Source of the DNA: a virus
Reading direction: 5' to 3' (one strand)
DNA length: 64,000 nucleotides
Virus record (IMG/VR): IMGVR_UViG_3300009514_000006
Span: 1 to 64,000 of that record
A program made the translations under genes and the position numbers. The notes below the pieces were generated by a model. That model did not search any database. It was not told where the DNA came from and saw nothing but the letters and a program-made list of their open reading frames with translations. Below, in pieces: positions 7,080 to 16,099 of the stretch (positions within the stretch are counted from its first letter, which is position 1; each line of letters opens with the position of its first letter).

Positions 7080-7550
7080 CTACCTTTCATCCATGTAGCT
7101 AACATCGTACAAAGCCTTTTTAGCTATTGTTTTAGCTGTGTTTAAGGGCTCATCATAACCTAGATCATAGATAATAGTACGTATAGCCACTATGAGTATG
7201 TCTCTGTGATCATTAGCTTCTTTTAGGTCCTCATAAGCTTCACTTAGCTGGGCCAACCCGTCTAGGGCTTGAGACTTGGCTTTTTTCAAGTTGAATCCCG
7301 TACTCTCAGTGTTCCCGGTGCCCCAACATAGCTCACAAATTCCTTTTACATCATAATAATCTTTTGTACCATACCCAGAACAAGACTCGCAAGCAATGCC
7401 CTTTAGTTTATAGGCAATGGCTCCAAGTCTTTTCGCCCTGTCGATAGCAAGGTCTCCTACATTCTCAAAATCCTCACAACTTAGCACACTATTTTTTGCC
7501 TTGTCACACTCGTGTGCCCACATGTCATATGGATTGTCTAGATCACTCAT
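7080..7550 (-). CDS. protein with DnaJ-type CxxCxGxG zinc-finger pair
   Basis: CESCSGYG and CELCWGTG. Confidence 0.7.
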   Translation of the reverse strand: MSDLDNPYDMWAHECDKAKNSVLSCEDFENVGDLAIDRAKRLGAIAYKLKGIACESCSGYGTKDYYDVKGICELCWGTGNTESTGFNLKKAKSQALDGLAQLSEAYEDLKEANDHRDILIVAIRTIIYDLGYDEPLNTAKTIAKKALYDVSYMDER

Positions 7551-7725
7551 ATTCTTCCTTCCAATCCTCAGTCAATTGGTTAACTAGTGCCTCTACGCTC
7601 TTTTTCCAGTGACCCAAGTGTAGGGCAGACTCATCAAAACACATTGAGCACATTGTTGAACCACAGGGGCACGTTTGAAACGAACCACACTCAGACTCGT
7701 CTCCGCCACATTTCATACAAAACAT
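7543..7725 (-). CDS. small Cys-rich Zn-finger protein
   Basis: CMKC...C...CPCG...CSMC...H. Confidence 0.65.
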   Translation of the reverse strand: MFCMKCGGDESECGSFQTCPCGSTMCSMCFDESALHLGHWKKSVEALVNQLTEDWKEEYE

Positions 7726-7727
7726 TA

Positions 7728-8006
7728 TTAATCCTTGCTCCTAGATTTCTTCTTTGACTTCTTTGACTTCTTGCTCTTACCCTTAGCGTCTGAACAGTAC
7801 TCGGCATCATACCAAACCTCAGCATCAGCCAGGGGCACTAAAGCGCCCCAAGAAGCATCAGCAATAGTTATAGCATCTATTACCTCAGAGTCAAGTACAG
7901 AAGCGTCTTGAAGGGGATCTAGAGTATCGGGATAACCACCGGGCAGAGCCGGGCTACAGGTCGCTAAAAACAGAAGGGCTAGATTCAATCTCATCAATTT
8001 GTTCAT
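7728..8006 (-). CDS. putative lipoprotein with DAx-rich region and Lys-rich tail
   Basis: LALLFLATC signal; DAS/DAI/DAE repeats; ends KGKSKKSKKSKKKSRSKD. Confidence 0.6.
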   Translation of the reverse strand: MNKLMRLNLALLFLATCSPALPGGYPDTLDPLQDASVLDSEVIDAITIADASWGALVPLADAEVWYDAEYCSDAKGKSKKSKKSKKKSRSKD

Positions 8007-8280
8007 GATATATCTTCTTCTCTTGCTCCCACTCATATTTAGCTAGCTGAATAGCAGTGGGCAGGACCCTTTTTCCGTTCACGTACCACAGAGCCTCGCC
8101 ACAACCTTCGATAGCCGGGCCGTCTAATCTGTGATACTGCCCATGTTGACACCAGTGGCGAGATCCGTTACGGAAGATAACAGCGGGTCCATCCTCCCTG
8201 TGCGGTTTCCCGTTTTTATACCACGTCTGGGTCCCTGCGTCGTTTATTGTTACATAAACTGATTTAGAGGAAAGGACCAC
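7954..8280 (-). CDS. HREDGPA-repeat family protein
   Basis: WYKNGKPHREDGPAV, YHRLDGPAI, C-terminal PTAIQLAKYEWE; GTG at 8280 just after the thyA stop. Confidence 0.8.
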   Translation of the reverse strand: MVLSSKSVYVTINDAGTQTWYKNGKPHREDGPAVIFRNGSRHWCQHGQYHRLDGPAIEGCGEALWYVNGKRVLPTAIQLAKYEWEQEKKIYHEQIDEIESSPSVFSDL

Positions 8281-8293
8281 CTTAAGCCGATCC

Positions 8294-9076
8294 TTACACT
8301 GCAACAGGAAATTTAATAAATGGATGGTGCCTGTAGCCAACCAAATTAATGTCGTCAAATTCCATATCCACTACTGGTTTGTCTTCCAGTTCAAGGGTGG
8401 GGAGCGGCAGCGGGTTCCTAGTTAGCTGCTCTTTAAGCCCGTCTACATGGTTTAGGTAAATATGGGCATCTCCAATACAGTGAATGAAATATCTAGGAGT
8501 CATCCTACACTCTTGGGCTATCATTGCCAATAGCAAAGAATAAGATGAGATATTAAAAGGCACCCCCAGAGCAATATCAGCAGAGCGCTGATACATTTGG
8601 CAGTCTAGATAACCGTTAGCCACATAGAACTGAATGGCGATTCCGTGACAAGGAGGCAACTGCATAAAGGACAACTCGGACACATTCCAGGTAGTTAAAA
8701 GAATTCTCCTAGAATGAGAGTCTGTTTTAATCTGCTTAATTACAGTTGCTAGCTGATCTATGTTTCCCGGAGTCCAATTACGAAACTGTTTACCGTATAC
8801 AGGACCTAGGTCCCCTTCGTCGTCGGCCCACGGCTTCCAAATCACTTGGGACCTGGAGGGTAGTTCATTCACGCTAGTTGACCCCGAAATAAACCACAGC
8901 AGCTCATCGACCACTTTATCAAATAGAATCTTCTTTGTAGTTACAATCGGAAAGCCATTACGAAGATCGTAGCGGGAATGGGTGCCGAAAACAGACAAAG
9001 TGCCGACACCAGTACGGTCAGAGCGTACTTCTCCGTTATCAAGAACATCTTGAACCAGACTCAGATATTGTTCCAT
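8294..9076 (-). CDS. thyA: thymidylate synthase
   Basis: DRTGVGT, LPPCH (catalytic Cys), YQRSADIALGVPFN, GDAHIY. Confidence 0.97.
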   Translation of the reverse strand: MEQYLSLVQDVLDNGEVRSDRTGVGTLSVFGTHSRYDLRNGFPIVTTKKILFDKVVDELLWFISGSTSVNELPSRSQVIWKPWADDEGDLGPVYGKQFRNWTPGNIDQLATVIKQIKTDSHSRRILLTTWNVSELSFMQLPPCHGIAIQFYVANGYLDCQMYQRSADIALGVPFNISSYSLLLAMIAQECRMTPRYFIHCIGDAHIYLNHVDGLKEQLTRNPLPLPTLELEDKPVVDMEFDDINLVGYRHHPFIKFPVAV

Positions 9077-9079
9077 TTT

Positions 9080-9208
9080 TCAGTCCTCTAGAATGAAGGT
9101 ACCCACACCCAACACGTAAAACCAAGTTAACATAGCGTAAATAAGAACCAGCACGGATAAGAAAGATACCTTAATCAGGAACCTAATAAGCCAATCCCAG
9201 TTACTCAT
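9080..9208 (-). CDS. small membrane protein (42 aa, not in ORF track)
   Basis: MSNWDWLIRFLIKVSFLSVLVLIYAMLTWFYVLGVGTFILED*. Confidence 0.55.
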   Translation of the reverse strand: MSNWDWLIRFLIKVSFLSVLVLIYAMLTWFYVLGVGTFILED

Positions 9209-9217
9209 CTGCTTACA

Positions 9218-9246
9218 ACTCTACTCCACCGGTATTGCCGTGTCAA
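9218..9246 (-). promoter_or_regulatory. sigma70-type promoter
   Basis: TTGACA-N17-TAGAGT; ATG at 9208 implies a leader of only a few nt. Confidence 0.75.
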
Positions 9247-9252
9247 ACAAAA

Positions 9253-9843
9253 TCAAATTTTGATAACTTCAGCTATTATCCTACTGATTTCACTCTGGAA
9301 AGCTTCTACGTCTCCATCGTTGACAACAGTATAGTCAATACAATAAGAGGGAACTTCGTCTACAGCTTTTTCTGTAGGGTGATCAGAACGATCTGAAGAG
9401 GGGCAGACAACTTTGACCACGATCCCCTTTACATCATCATACTTACGTATAGCAGTGCACTCGCTAGTGAACCTAGCATCATCAATGATGTAAAGGGGGC
9501 GGTTTGGAGAGTCTCTATCTATTTTACATTGTTCTCTAATTTGGGAGAGACAAGCGTCCACCCAAATGTTGTCGTCTATAACCTGTCTAGCGCCCTGTCC
9601 AAGCCGCTGAGCACCATCACGACCAGATATACCAATATCGGCATCTACTTTCTCCTTTTCCTCTTGTGTACCGTAAAGTTGTTCTTCACTGAACCCCCAC
9701 ACAATACCAGCTAATTGTTTCACTTTAGTGGCGAAGGAGAAAACTTTTGCCCCATGGACAACCCGCACAAATTGTGCAGCGGTAGTTTTGCCTGAGCCCT
9801 TTCGGCCAAGTAGGGCGACGATAACAGGTGGTTTTCTTTCCAT
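9253..9843 (-). CDS. deoxynucleoside monophosphate kinase (phage dNMP kinase)
   Basis: LGRKGSGKTT P-loop, FATKVK, IDDARF, HPTE motifs. Confidence 0.88.
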   Translation of the reverse strand: MERKPPVIVALLGRKGSGKTTAAQFVRVVHGAKVFSFATKVKQLAGIVWGFSEEQLYGTQEEKEKVDADIGISGRDGAQRLGQGARQVIDDNIWVDACLSQIREQCKIDRDSPNRPLYIIDDARFTSECTAIRKYDDVKGIVVKVVCPSSDRSDHPTEKAVDEVPSYCIDYTVVNDGDVEAFQSEISRIIAEVIKI

Positions 9844-9847
9844 TTAG

Positions 9848-10135
9848 TTACTCTTTGTCATCCTCTTTCCACAGAGGTTTGTTGACTTCGGCTCCTTGAT
9901 AGAGCGCATTTTTAGCTCTCTTGTTCTTCTGCGCGGCGCGTCGCTTACGGCAGTTCCAACACCGAATAGGAAGCGCATATCCTTGGCTCTCGTAGAAGGC
10001 GCGCTCCGAGTCCTTGAAGAAGAACTTCCGGCTACAGGACACACAATTTAGCCAAATGTGACCTTCTTCCGGGGTCTCTACTTCTTGCAGTTGCAGTTCG
10101 GGTTCATTGTGATCATCATACTTGTCGTTACTCAT
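9848..10135 (-). CDS. zinc-ribbon domain protein (zf-trcl-like)
   Basis: C.SC.R.F.F...E..FY...G...P.RC..CR..R signature. Confidence 0.85.
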   Translation of the reverse strand: MSNDKYDDHNEPELQLQEVETPEEGHIWLNCVSCSRKFFFKDSERAFYESQGYALPIRCWNCRKRRAAQKNKRAKNALYQGAEVNKPLWKEDDKE

Positions 10136-10155
10136 AGTTCTATTCCTTTGTTAAG

Positions 10156-10338
10156 CTATTTGTCAAGACTAATAGGTACTTCGTCAGATACAGCAATTAC
10201 ATAAGCATTTTTATCAACAATCATTATTTCTTGTATAGGCATAGGACAGTACGAACCGTTAGGCCAGGCAGCCCAGATCATCACCTCCTGGTTAAAATCC
10301 AGCTTAAGGAGTTCATTAATTAATGTCTGTACTGTCAT
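10156..10338 (-). CDS. hypothetical protein
   Basis: MTVQTLINELLKLD start, a common small phage ORF pattern. Confidence 0.6.
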   Translation of the reverse strand: MTVQTLINELLKLDFNQEVMIWAAWPNGSYCPMPIQEIMIVDKNAYVIAVSDEVPISLDK

Positions 10339-10942
10339 CCTCGTCCTCGTCCTCGTTCTCGCTAACTTCTATGTACTGAACTTCTTCGTCATCCATGTAT
10401 GGCTCTGGGGCTTCTAATTCTTTGGTTAACTTGGCTTCCATAAAGGCACGAATTACTTCGTTTTTAAGCTCTGGAGTCCAAGCATTGGATAGACCAATTT
10501 CAACCTGTTGATTAATCTGGTGCTCCTTCTTAATCACCCCAGTATCAATAAGTGCTTTCTTTTGATCGTTTAGCGTCTGGCGGACTAAGTTAAGGGCTTT
10601 TAGTTTTTCGTCAGGAGTGCCCTCGCTGTGCAGCTCCCAGCACCTAGCGATCACATCGTCATAGCCACTAAAAAGGCCAGTTAGAAATTGATCTCGATCA
10701 TGTTCAGAAAAATTGCTCTTACCTAAACTCTTAACAGCTTCCAGATCCCGTTGAACGGTGGCAATGGAAGTGCCCAAGGCATTAGCTATGTTCTGATAGG
10801 TGTACCCGCGTGTACGAAGCTGCATGACCTGTCGCTGCCGCTCCTGCACCTTCTGTTCCCGGGTAATTTCAAGCTCATTAAGTTCGTCTACAGTAATAAT
10901 CTGTAGGGCCTCATCGTCTTTGCTATCATCAGGATTTGACAT
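10316..10942 (-). CDS. putative terminase small subunit (HTH)
   Basis: RQVMQLRTRGYTYQNIANALGTSIATVQRDL HTH plus helical body, near TerL; ATG at 10942 preferred. Confidence 0.6.
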   Translation of the reverse strand: MSNPDDSKDDEALQIITVDELNELEITREQKVQERQRQVMQLRTRGYTYQNIANALGTSIATVQRDLEAVKSLGKSNFSEHDRDQFLTGLFSGYDDVIARCWELHSEGTPDEKLKALNLVRQTLNDQKKALIDTGVIKKEHQINQQVEIGLSNAWTPELKNEVIRAFMEAKLTKELEAPEPYMDDEEVQYIEVSENEDEDEDDSTDIN

Positions 10943-11396
10943 GTTGATCACATCGGACGGTAATCCATCCGCCTCCTCTGGGCTTTCCTGGCTCTCCACA
11001 CAGCTCACAGATAGTGAAGCTCATGTTTTCAGCCGATTGTATATACGCTTCCATCTGCTCGGTTACATTACCGGACATATAGTAACGAAGACCACCATAT
11101 TTCTCCTTAACCTGTACTACCTTAGGAAGATGTTCTTCATACGAAGTACAAGAGCACAAATATGCCTCATACTTATTGTCTAAAGTAGTCCCCACAAAGC
11201 AACAACCCTTGCCATCATGAGCGCTTTTGATATGATCGCACACGAGACAAACCTGCAAGCCCTCCATATCCTTAATAAGGGGCTCCAGGCGGATAGCCAG
11301 AGCGTGAAGCAACTGCCCCCAGCCCTCTCCTACTTCGTGGGAATCAAAATCTTTGTATAAAAGCGGGAACTTATCTATCAGGTCGTCTGGGCGCAT
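10929..11396 (-). CDS. conserved phage protein (QVKEKYGGLRYY family) with Zn-binding motifs
   Basis: QVKEKYGGLRYY and CELCGEPG...C..H. Confidence 0.75.
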   Translation of the reverse strand: MRPDDLIDKFPLLYKDFDSHEVGEGWGQLLHALAIRLEPLIKDMEGLQVCLVCDHIKSAHDGKGCCFVGTTLDNKYEAYLCSCTSYEEHLPKVVQVKEKYGGLRYYMSGNVTEQMEAYIQSAENMSFTICELCGEPGKPRGGGWITVRCDQHVKS

Positions 11397-11403
11397 AATA
11401 GTC

Positions 11404-13218
11404 CTAAGCGAACGAAAACATGGTAGCCCTGCGTAGCCTTTCCATAGCAATCAGCGCATAATTAAGCGCGTGGATCCAGTGAGCTTCTCCACCTACCTGA
11501 ACCCACTCCATCCGGTGTCTTCCCGTGTTTTCGTCAAGCACTCTCTTCTGTCGAATCATTCTCTTAGCGTGTTCCCTTAGCTCATTAGCTAATTCAATCT
11601 CTTCAAAATGACCAGTGGTCATATTACGGGCTACCTGGGTAAAAGCACTAACGGGAGGGATCTGAATAGCACGATCCACGAAATGACCTAAGGTAAAGTC
11701 TAGGGATTGATACCTATTAAGGGTTACCTGCCACTTCAGTTTGATGTTTTGGCTACCCTTCTTGACTGCCTCTTTGTACTTAACACGATCAGTCCAGGAG
11801 ACCATATCGCCCGTTGGGGTGTCCTTATACCAAGCAATATAGCAACGGCCCGTCATGTCCCGAGCAAGTTGAGTGGCTTCATTAGCGTTTGGCATAGCGT
11901 CAACAATACCTAGGCCAATATTGAATTCCTTATAGATCTTGTACACTCTTTTAAAGGGCGATACAGGTTCCATCTGCCCAGTGTTGGGATTGGCCTCCCA
12001 ATACGCTGGATTCTCCGAATCAATCAGCTCTAGATGGGCTAGTTGCTTGTTGCCGTCCTTATCTCGCTTAACGATAACCACAAAACAGTTACCCCGGTGC
12101 TGATCTATGCCCATGGCGTATACTGCCCGCTTCTGTCGGTTATCAGTAAAGTGCTTGTACCACTTGATGTCCGGGTTAATGCAGCCATTAAAGACGTCAT
12201 CACTAACAGGTCTGTTGGCTTTGTCTACAAACGGCATACCCAACTTGGCGTTGTAGAACTCTTGCTTGTTGGTGGTGGTCTTATAGGCGTCCCAGATTTC
12301 TTTAGGAGAGATAAACTTGGAGATAAGCTGGGAGACTGCGTAGGAGTTAAAATCTGCTGTAGGATTATGCGCTACATAATTACCGTTTTGAGGATCACGA
12401 ATAATGTACTTACACACTGGACATCTGAGCAGTACTTCTCTTTCACCCCCTTTAGCAATCCGCTCCACAATACAATCAGGGAAGCACTCACTAGGAATCA
12501 TACCCCCGCTGCAATTACACTTTACATGCCAAGTAAGTTGTGTGCCTCGGAGAAATCTCGCATGGATGTCACTTTCCGGAAGCCCAGCAGTGCTCATAAA
12601 CATCTGATATTTCATGGAGCTGTGTGAGATGCGCTCCATACACTGATCAATGTCCAACGGATCAATTAGACGAACTTCGTCAAAAGCAATAACATCAAGG
12701 GGAACAGAGTCCTTGGATGCTCGACCGCCTACATACAGCATATAGAGAGAGGACAGCTTATGGTATATATTATTAATTTGCTTAAGGCCCAAGGTGTTAG
12801 CGTCGTCGTTGATATTTGTAGCTAACTCCAGGTTAGAGTTGATGAGGGGCTTCAATCGGTCTTTAGAAAGGACCTCTACGCCCTCACCCGTTGGGAAGTA
12901 TAGCCCTGCTTTAAGGGTGTAGTTTCGACAGAACCACAGCAGGCGCAACAGCAAATAAACAGTAGCACCCAACTGCGCTGCCTTCATCCACACTATCTCT
13001 TTACTGTTGTCCTGATAGATAGGGAGGAGATACCTATGGTTGTCAAACTCTAAATGACGACCGTCAACCTCAACTCCTGAGTAGGTGGCCCACAAGGCGA
13101 AATCCTCCGCCATGAGCCCTTTCATCTCTTTTTCAGATGCTTTGGCAAGCAGTTCTTTGACATCTAAGGGACGAATCCCTTGTACATAGGCCGGGGCCTT
13201 TTTCTTTCCATCTTCCAT
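11404..13218 (-). CDS. terL: terminase large subunit, GpA-like
   Basis: MKAAQLGAT Walker A variant, FDEV Walker B, CNC/CPVC Zn motif, C-terminal GID nuclease domain. Confidence 0.85.
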   Translation of the reverse strand: MEDGKKKAPAYVQGIRPLDVKELLAKASEKEMKGLMAEDFALWATYSGVEVDGRHLEFDNHRYLLPIYQDNSKEIVWMKAAQLGATVYLLLRLLWFCRNYTLKAGLYFPTGEGVEVLSKDRLKPLINSNLELATNINDDANTLGLKQINNIYHKLSSLYMLYVGGRASKDSVPLDVIAFDEVRLIDPLDIDQCMERISHSSMKYQMFMSTAGLPESDIHARFLRGTQLTWHVKCNCSGGMIPSECFPDCIVERIAKGGEREVLLRCPVCKYIIRDPQNGNYVAHNPTADFNSYAVSQLISKFISPKEIWDAYKTTTNKQEFYNAKLGMPFVDKANRPVSDDVFNGCINPDIKWYKHFTDNRQKRAVYAMGIDQHRGNCFVVIVKRDKDGNKQLAHLELIDSENPAYWEANPNTGQMEPVSPFKRVYKIYKEFNIGLGIVDAMPNANEATQLARDMTGRCYIAWYKDTPTGDMVSWTDRVKYKEAVKKGSQNIKLKWQVTLNRYQSLDFTLGHFVDRAIQIPPVSAFTQVARNMTTGHFEEIELANELREHAKRMIRQKRVLDENTGRHRMEWVQVGGEAHWIHALNYALIAMERLRRATMFSFA

Positions 13219-13232
13219 AGTGTTACCAGAAC

Positions 13233-13844
13233 TTAATAGATTCTATCTTTAGTGTTTACAATCTCACCTTTTTCGATCTTAGCTAAGGTCTCGTCATACC
13301 ACTCAGCGGCAGCTTCTTTACGCCACATATAGAAGTAAGGGGGACCTGAGAACACATCCACAATATGTTCTTTTAGCGCCGATCGATCTAGCAAGTAGTC
13401 AGGCCATCCCTCTTCGTGATGGGTCAAAATAGTCTGCGTGTATCCCTCCCGCTCAAACTTCGCTCTCATAGTCATCTTGATAGGAAACAGAAACAGATAA
13501 CAAAAAGACATAATGAAAGAATTAATACGCCATAAAAAGCAAGACGACAAAAAGGCGACCGGCCAGCACCGAAACTGTCTTAGGTGCACCAGCTCATGCC
13601 TGAGTAGCCGATATCGGCTGTCCGGGTGTTGGTCCCAGAAATCCTCAGGCACATAAACCGTGCGTCCTATAGTGGTGGTGTATTGGTTGATGGTGGGGTC
13701 TATACGAAGCACTCTCGTCAGAAGCCACTGCACCAAGGACATTAAGGTGCTGTCCGATCGCCTCAAAACCTTTGCTCCAGGAATCTCCTCCTGGACACGA
13801 ACTAGCAGCTGAGTGAACCTGTCGCTGTTTACTTCTTTTGCCAT
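13233..13844 (-). CDS. putative zinc metalloprotease (HExxH)
   Basis: TTIGRTVY...LLRHELVHLRQ...FEREGY. Confidence 0.75.
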   Translation of the reverse strand: MAKEVNSDRFTQLLVRVQEEIPGAKVLRRSDSTLMSLVQWLLTRVLRIDPTINQYTTTIGRTVYVPEDFWDQHPDSRYRLLRHELVHLRQFRCWPVAFLSSCFLWRINSFIMSFCYLFLFPIKMTMRAKFEREGYTQTILTHHEEGWPDYLLDRSALKEHIVDVFSGPPYFYMWRKEAAAEWYDETLAKIEKGEIVNTKDRIY

Positions 13845-14452
13845 AGCAGTCCGATCATTAGCCTATTAACGGAGAATTTGTGAGGGATACCCCACATATG
13901 CTCCAGACCTACGCTATCAAACCCCAAATCCCGAATATACTGGATTAGCCTTTTCCTGTCGGCCAAATGAATAGTGGATTTTAGAAAGACTGCTTGGGTG
14001 GGTTTGAGCACCGCTATTTGTTTGTTGGTTAGACGGCTATTCTCGAATTTGGTCAGGTCGAAATTATATGGTTTAAGCAGACCATATAGCTCTCCTGCGT
14101 CATCACAGGCCGGACAGACCGAGATAACTTTACCACCCGACTTAACCGCTCTTAAACAACTCATTAATAGCTTTCGGCGATGATCTTCTTGATATTCACT
14201 TAGAACATTGTTCAAGAACACAACATCGTAGAAGTTAGCAGGGAAATCTAAGGTATCCTCATCCACAGTCAAGTAGTGCCACGATCTTACTTCCACATGA
14301 CTGGGCGCAAAAATACTACCTCCTATTAGAGCCAAAGACAAAACTCGGTCATCTGCTCGTACACCTGTTAGGTTGCCCATCCAATGGGCTACGTCCATAC
14401 GGGCGATTTTTATGCCTAACTTAGGCGGTTCTAGCAAACAACTACTCTCCAT
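13829..14452 (-). CDS. class I SAM-dependent methyltransferase-fold protein (motif I degenerate)
   Basis: FYDVVFLNNVL and LRAVKSGGKVI are typical; motif I reads VLSLALIGG rather than VLDxGxGxG. Confidence 0.65.
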   Translation of the reverse strand: MESSCLLEPPKLGIKIARMDVAHWMGNLTGVRADDRVLSLALIGGSIFAPSHVEVRSWHYLTVDEDTLDFPANFYDVVFLNNVLSEYQEDHRRKLLMSCLRAVKSGGKVISVCPACDDAGELYGLLKPYNFDLTKFENSRLTNKQIAVLKPTQAVFLKSTIHLADRKRLIQYIRDLGFDSVGLEHMWGIPHKFSVNRLMIGLLWQKK

Positions 14453-14963
14453 TACTTAAAGACTGTCTGTAAACTATACTCTCAGATAAAAAGAAGAGCC
14501 TATCAGCGGCTCCATATAAAACCCTAGCAGCAGCCGACTCAAAAGTCAACACAATCACCTCTTTGCCTCTACTTTTAATCTCCGAAATAAGAGGCTCATA
14601 GTCATTGTCTCCAACTACCAAAATAAAGGTGTCAAAATCGTCTGTGCGGTTAAGAGCGTCTATCGTTAGGCCCAAAGACCAGTCTCCGCACAGCGGTCCG
14701 CTAATCTCATCAGCGTAACGTATGCACCTCTCCTTAACCTGATAACCGGTTCCTGCTAGAATTTCCGAGAAACTATAATGGGTAGCCTTAGGATGAGTGA
14801 TTATATAGGCAACCAAAGAGATAATAGAGTTCCCAGCAAAAGAAACCACTGCGTCTCTAAGAATCTCAAAATTTACACGAGCGTTCGGTCCGTATTCTTC
14901 ACGACACACCTTATAGACATTTGGTACATCACATGCCAATAGAATGCGCGGGATCTTCTGCAT
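14442..14963 (-). CDS. NYN/LabA (DUF88, PIN-like) domain protein
   Basis: DVPNV, D..L.IDAL, VGDNDYEPL...GKEV, LYGAADR motifs. Confidence 0.85.
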   Translation of the reverse strand: MQKIPRILLACDVPNVYKVCREEYGPNARVNFEILRDAVVSFAGNSIISLVAYIITHPKATHYSFSEILAGTGYQVKERCIRYADEISGPLCGDWSLGLTIDALNRTDDFDTFILVVGDNDYEPLISEIKSRGKEVIVLTFESAAARVLYGAADRLFFLSESIVYRQSLSNGE

Positions 14964-15066
14964 TACATTCGCTTTCGTAACTGGTTACTTTCGCAAGTGC
15001 AATTCAAGAGTATTTTCTTACAAAAAGTGCAAGGGGGTATTACACTTTCCTTCTTATCTTTCTTAC

Positions 15067-15591
15067 TCATAGGTTCCTAAATTCATTGGGGTCAATAGTG
15101 AAAAAATCGGCGAGAGATAGTACCACAAGATCATGTTGTGGAGGTTTTATAAAGGTAAACCGGGTAAAATCTTTAATCAAGCTTAAAAAGTCTACCCCCT
15201 TATAGTACTTAGCATCAGTTATGACAATGGGGGCCACGTAGTTTCGCCCACACACAAGCAGAGGAATCATGCCTCCTGGAGTCTCGCTAAGGGTCTGCTC
15301 CCACCAGGCGTACACCTTGCACCCATCATTTTTAAGCAACTGGTCTAGATCCCAGCCCTCTTGGGCCTTGTTTTCAATGACAAATGAAAAATCAGTGGCA
15401 TCTGTCATAATGTCTCCAACGGCCCTAAACCCTTCGCGAACATCCTTGGTGGCCCAACCACCGCTAGATGGTGTGCGCACAAAAGACCCGTGCCCCCACC
15501 ATTCCTCAAACTGTTTAGCTATTTTACGCTCAGAATTGGCACCCTTACGACGAGACTTCTTCCCCGAAGCTACCCTCTTAGGATCCTTCAT
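15067..15591 (-). CDS. Holliday junction resolvase (Hjc-like PD-(D/E)xK nuclease)
   Basis: SRRKGANSER, TPSSGG, GDI, IENK. Confidence 0.85.
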   Translation of the reverse strand: MKDPKRVASGKKSRRKGANSERKIAKQFEEWWGHGSFVRTPSSGGWATKDVREGFRAVGDIMTDATDFSFVIENKAQEGWDLDQLLKNDGCKVYAWWEQTLSETPGGMIPLLVCGRNYVAPIVITDAKYYKGVDFLSLIKDFTRFTFIKPPQHDLVVLSLADFFTIDPNEFRNL

Positions 15592-15662
15592 TGGCACACA
15601 GGTATTTAGGGCTAAAGACAATATTGTTTCTCGGTAAAGTCATGCACATCACAGATTTCAAT

Positions 15663-15691
15663 ATTTTAGCAAAATAAGAGGACTAATACAA
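15663..15691 (-). promoter_or_regulatory. sigma70-type promoter
   Basis: TTGTAT-N17-TAAAAT with an extended TG. Confidence 0.6.
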
Positions 15692-16099
15692 GCTTCTTGA
15701 GAGGGTATCCGCTTCCACATTCTCCTCCCTAGGAACCCATTTAAAGGATATTAAACAGGAGGAGGCTTCGACAGCAGACAAAATCTGGTCCTTTAGGTCT
15801 TTTAGAGCGGGGGCGTAGCAGCCCCAGTGGTCGTTTAGCTGCTCCACCACCAATTTGCTATCAGTATGGACCACCACCCGTTCACTGCACAGATTATGAG
15901 CAATATACTCTACGGCCCCTTTGACTGCCGTATACTCTGCTATGTTATTGGTCACAGTCGGATAGGACCCTAAATCTATAACATCCTGGGCCTCCACAGA
16001 GCCCTCAGGGGCCTTGAGCACCCAAGCCGCCACCGCATGCCCCCCGGGGTTTCCTCCCTCTATAGAGGCATCACAGAAGGCTTTGTAAGCACTAAACAT
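15683..16099 (-). CDS. rnhA: ribonuclease HI
   Basis: FCDAS..GNPG, TNNIAEY, TDSKLVVEQ, WVPREEN..AD. Confidence 0.92.
   Translation of the reverse strand: MFSAYKAFCDASIEGGNPGGHAVAAWVLKAPEGSVEAQDVIDLGSYPTVTNNIAEYTAVKGAVEYIAHNLCSERVVVHTDSKLVVEQLNDHWGCYAPALKDLKDQILSAVEASSCLISFKWVPREENVEADTLSRSLY

Noticed and set aside
8294-9843. DNA hypermodification pathway (dUMP hydroxymethylase plus kinase)
   Set aside because: The ThyA has canonical thymidylate-synthase motifs and length. No glycosyltransferase, preQ/7-deazaguanine or PurZ genes are visible.
15004-15032. Sigma70 promoter TTGCAC...TACTCT before the NYN gene
   Set aside because: The spacer is only 14 nt, and no acceptable -10 sits at 16-18 nt.
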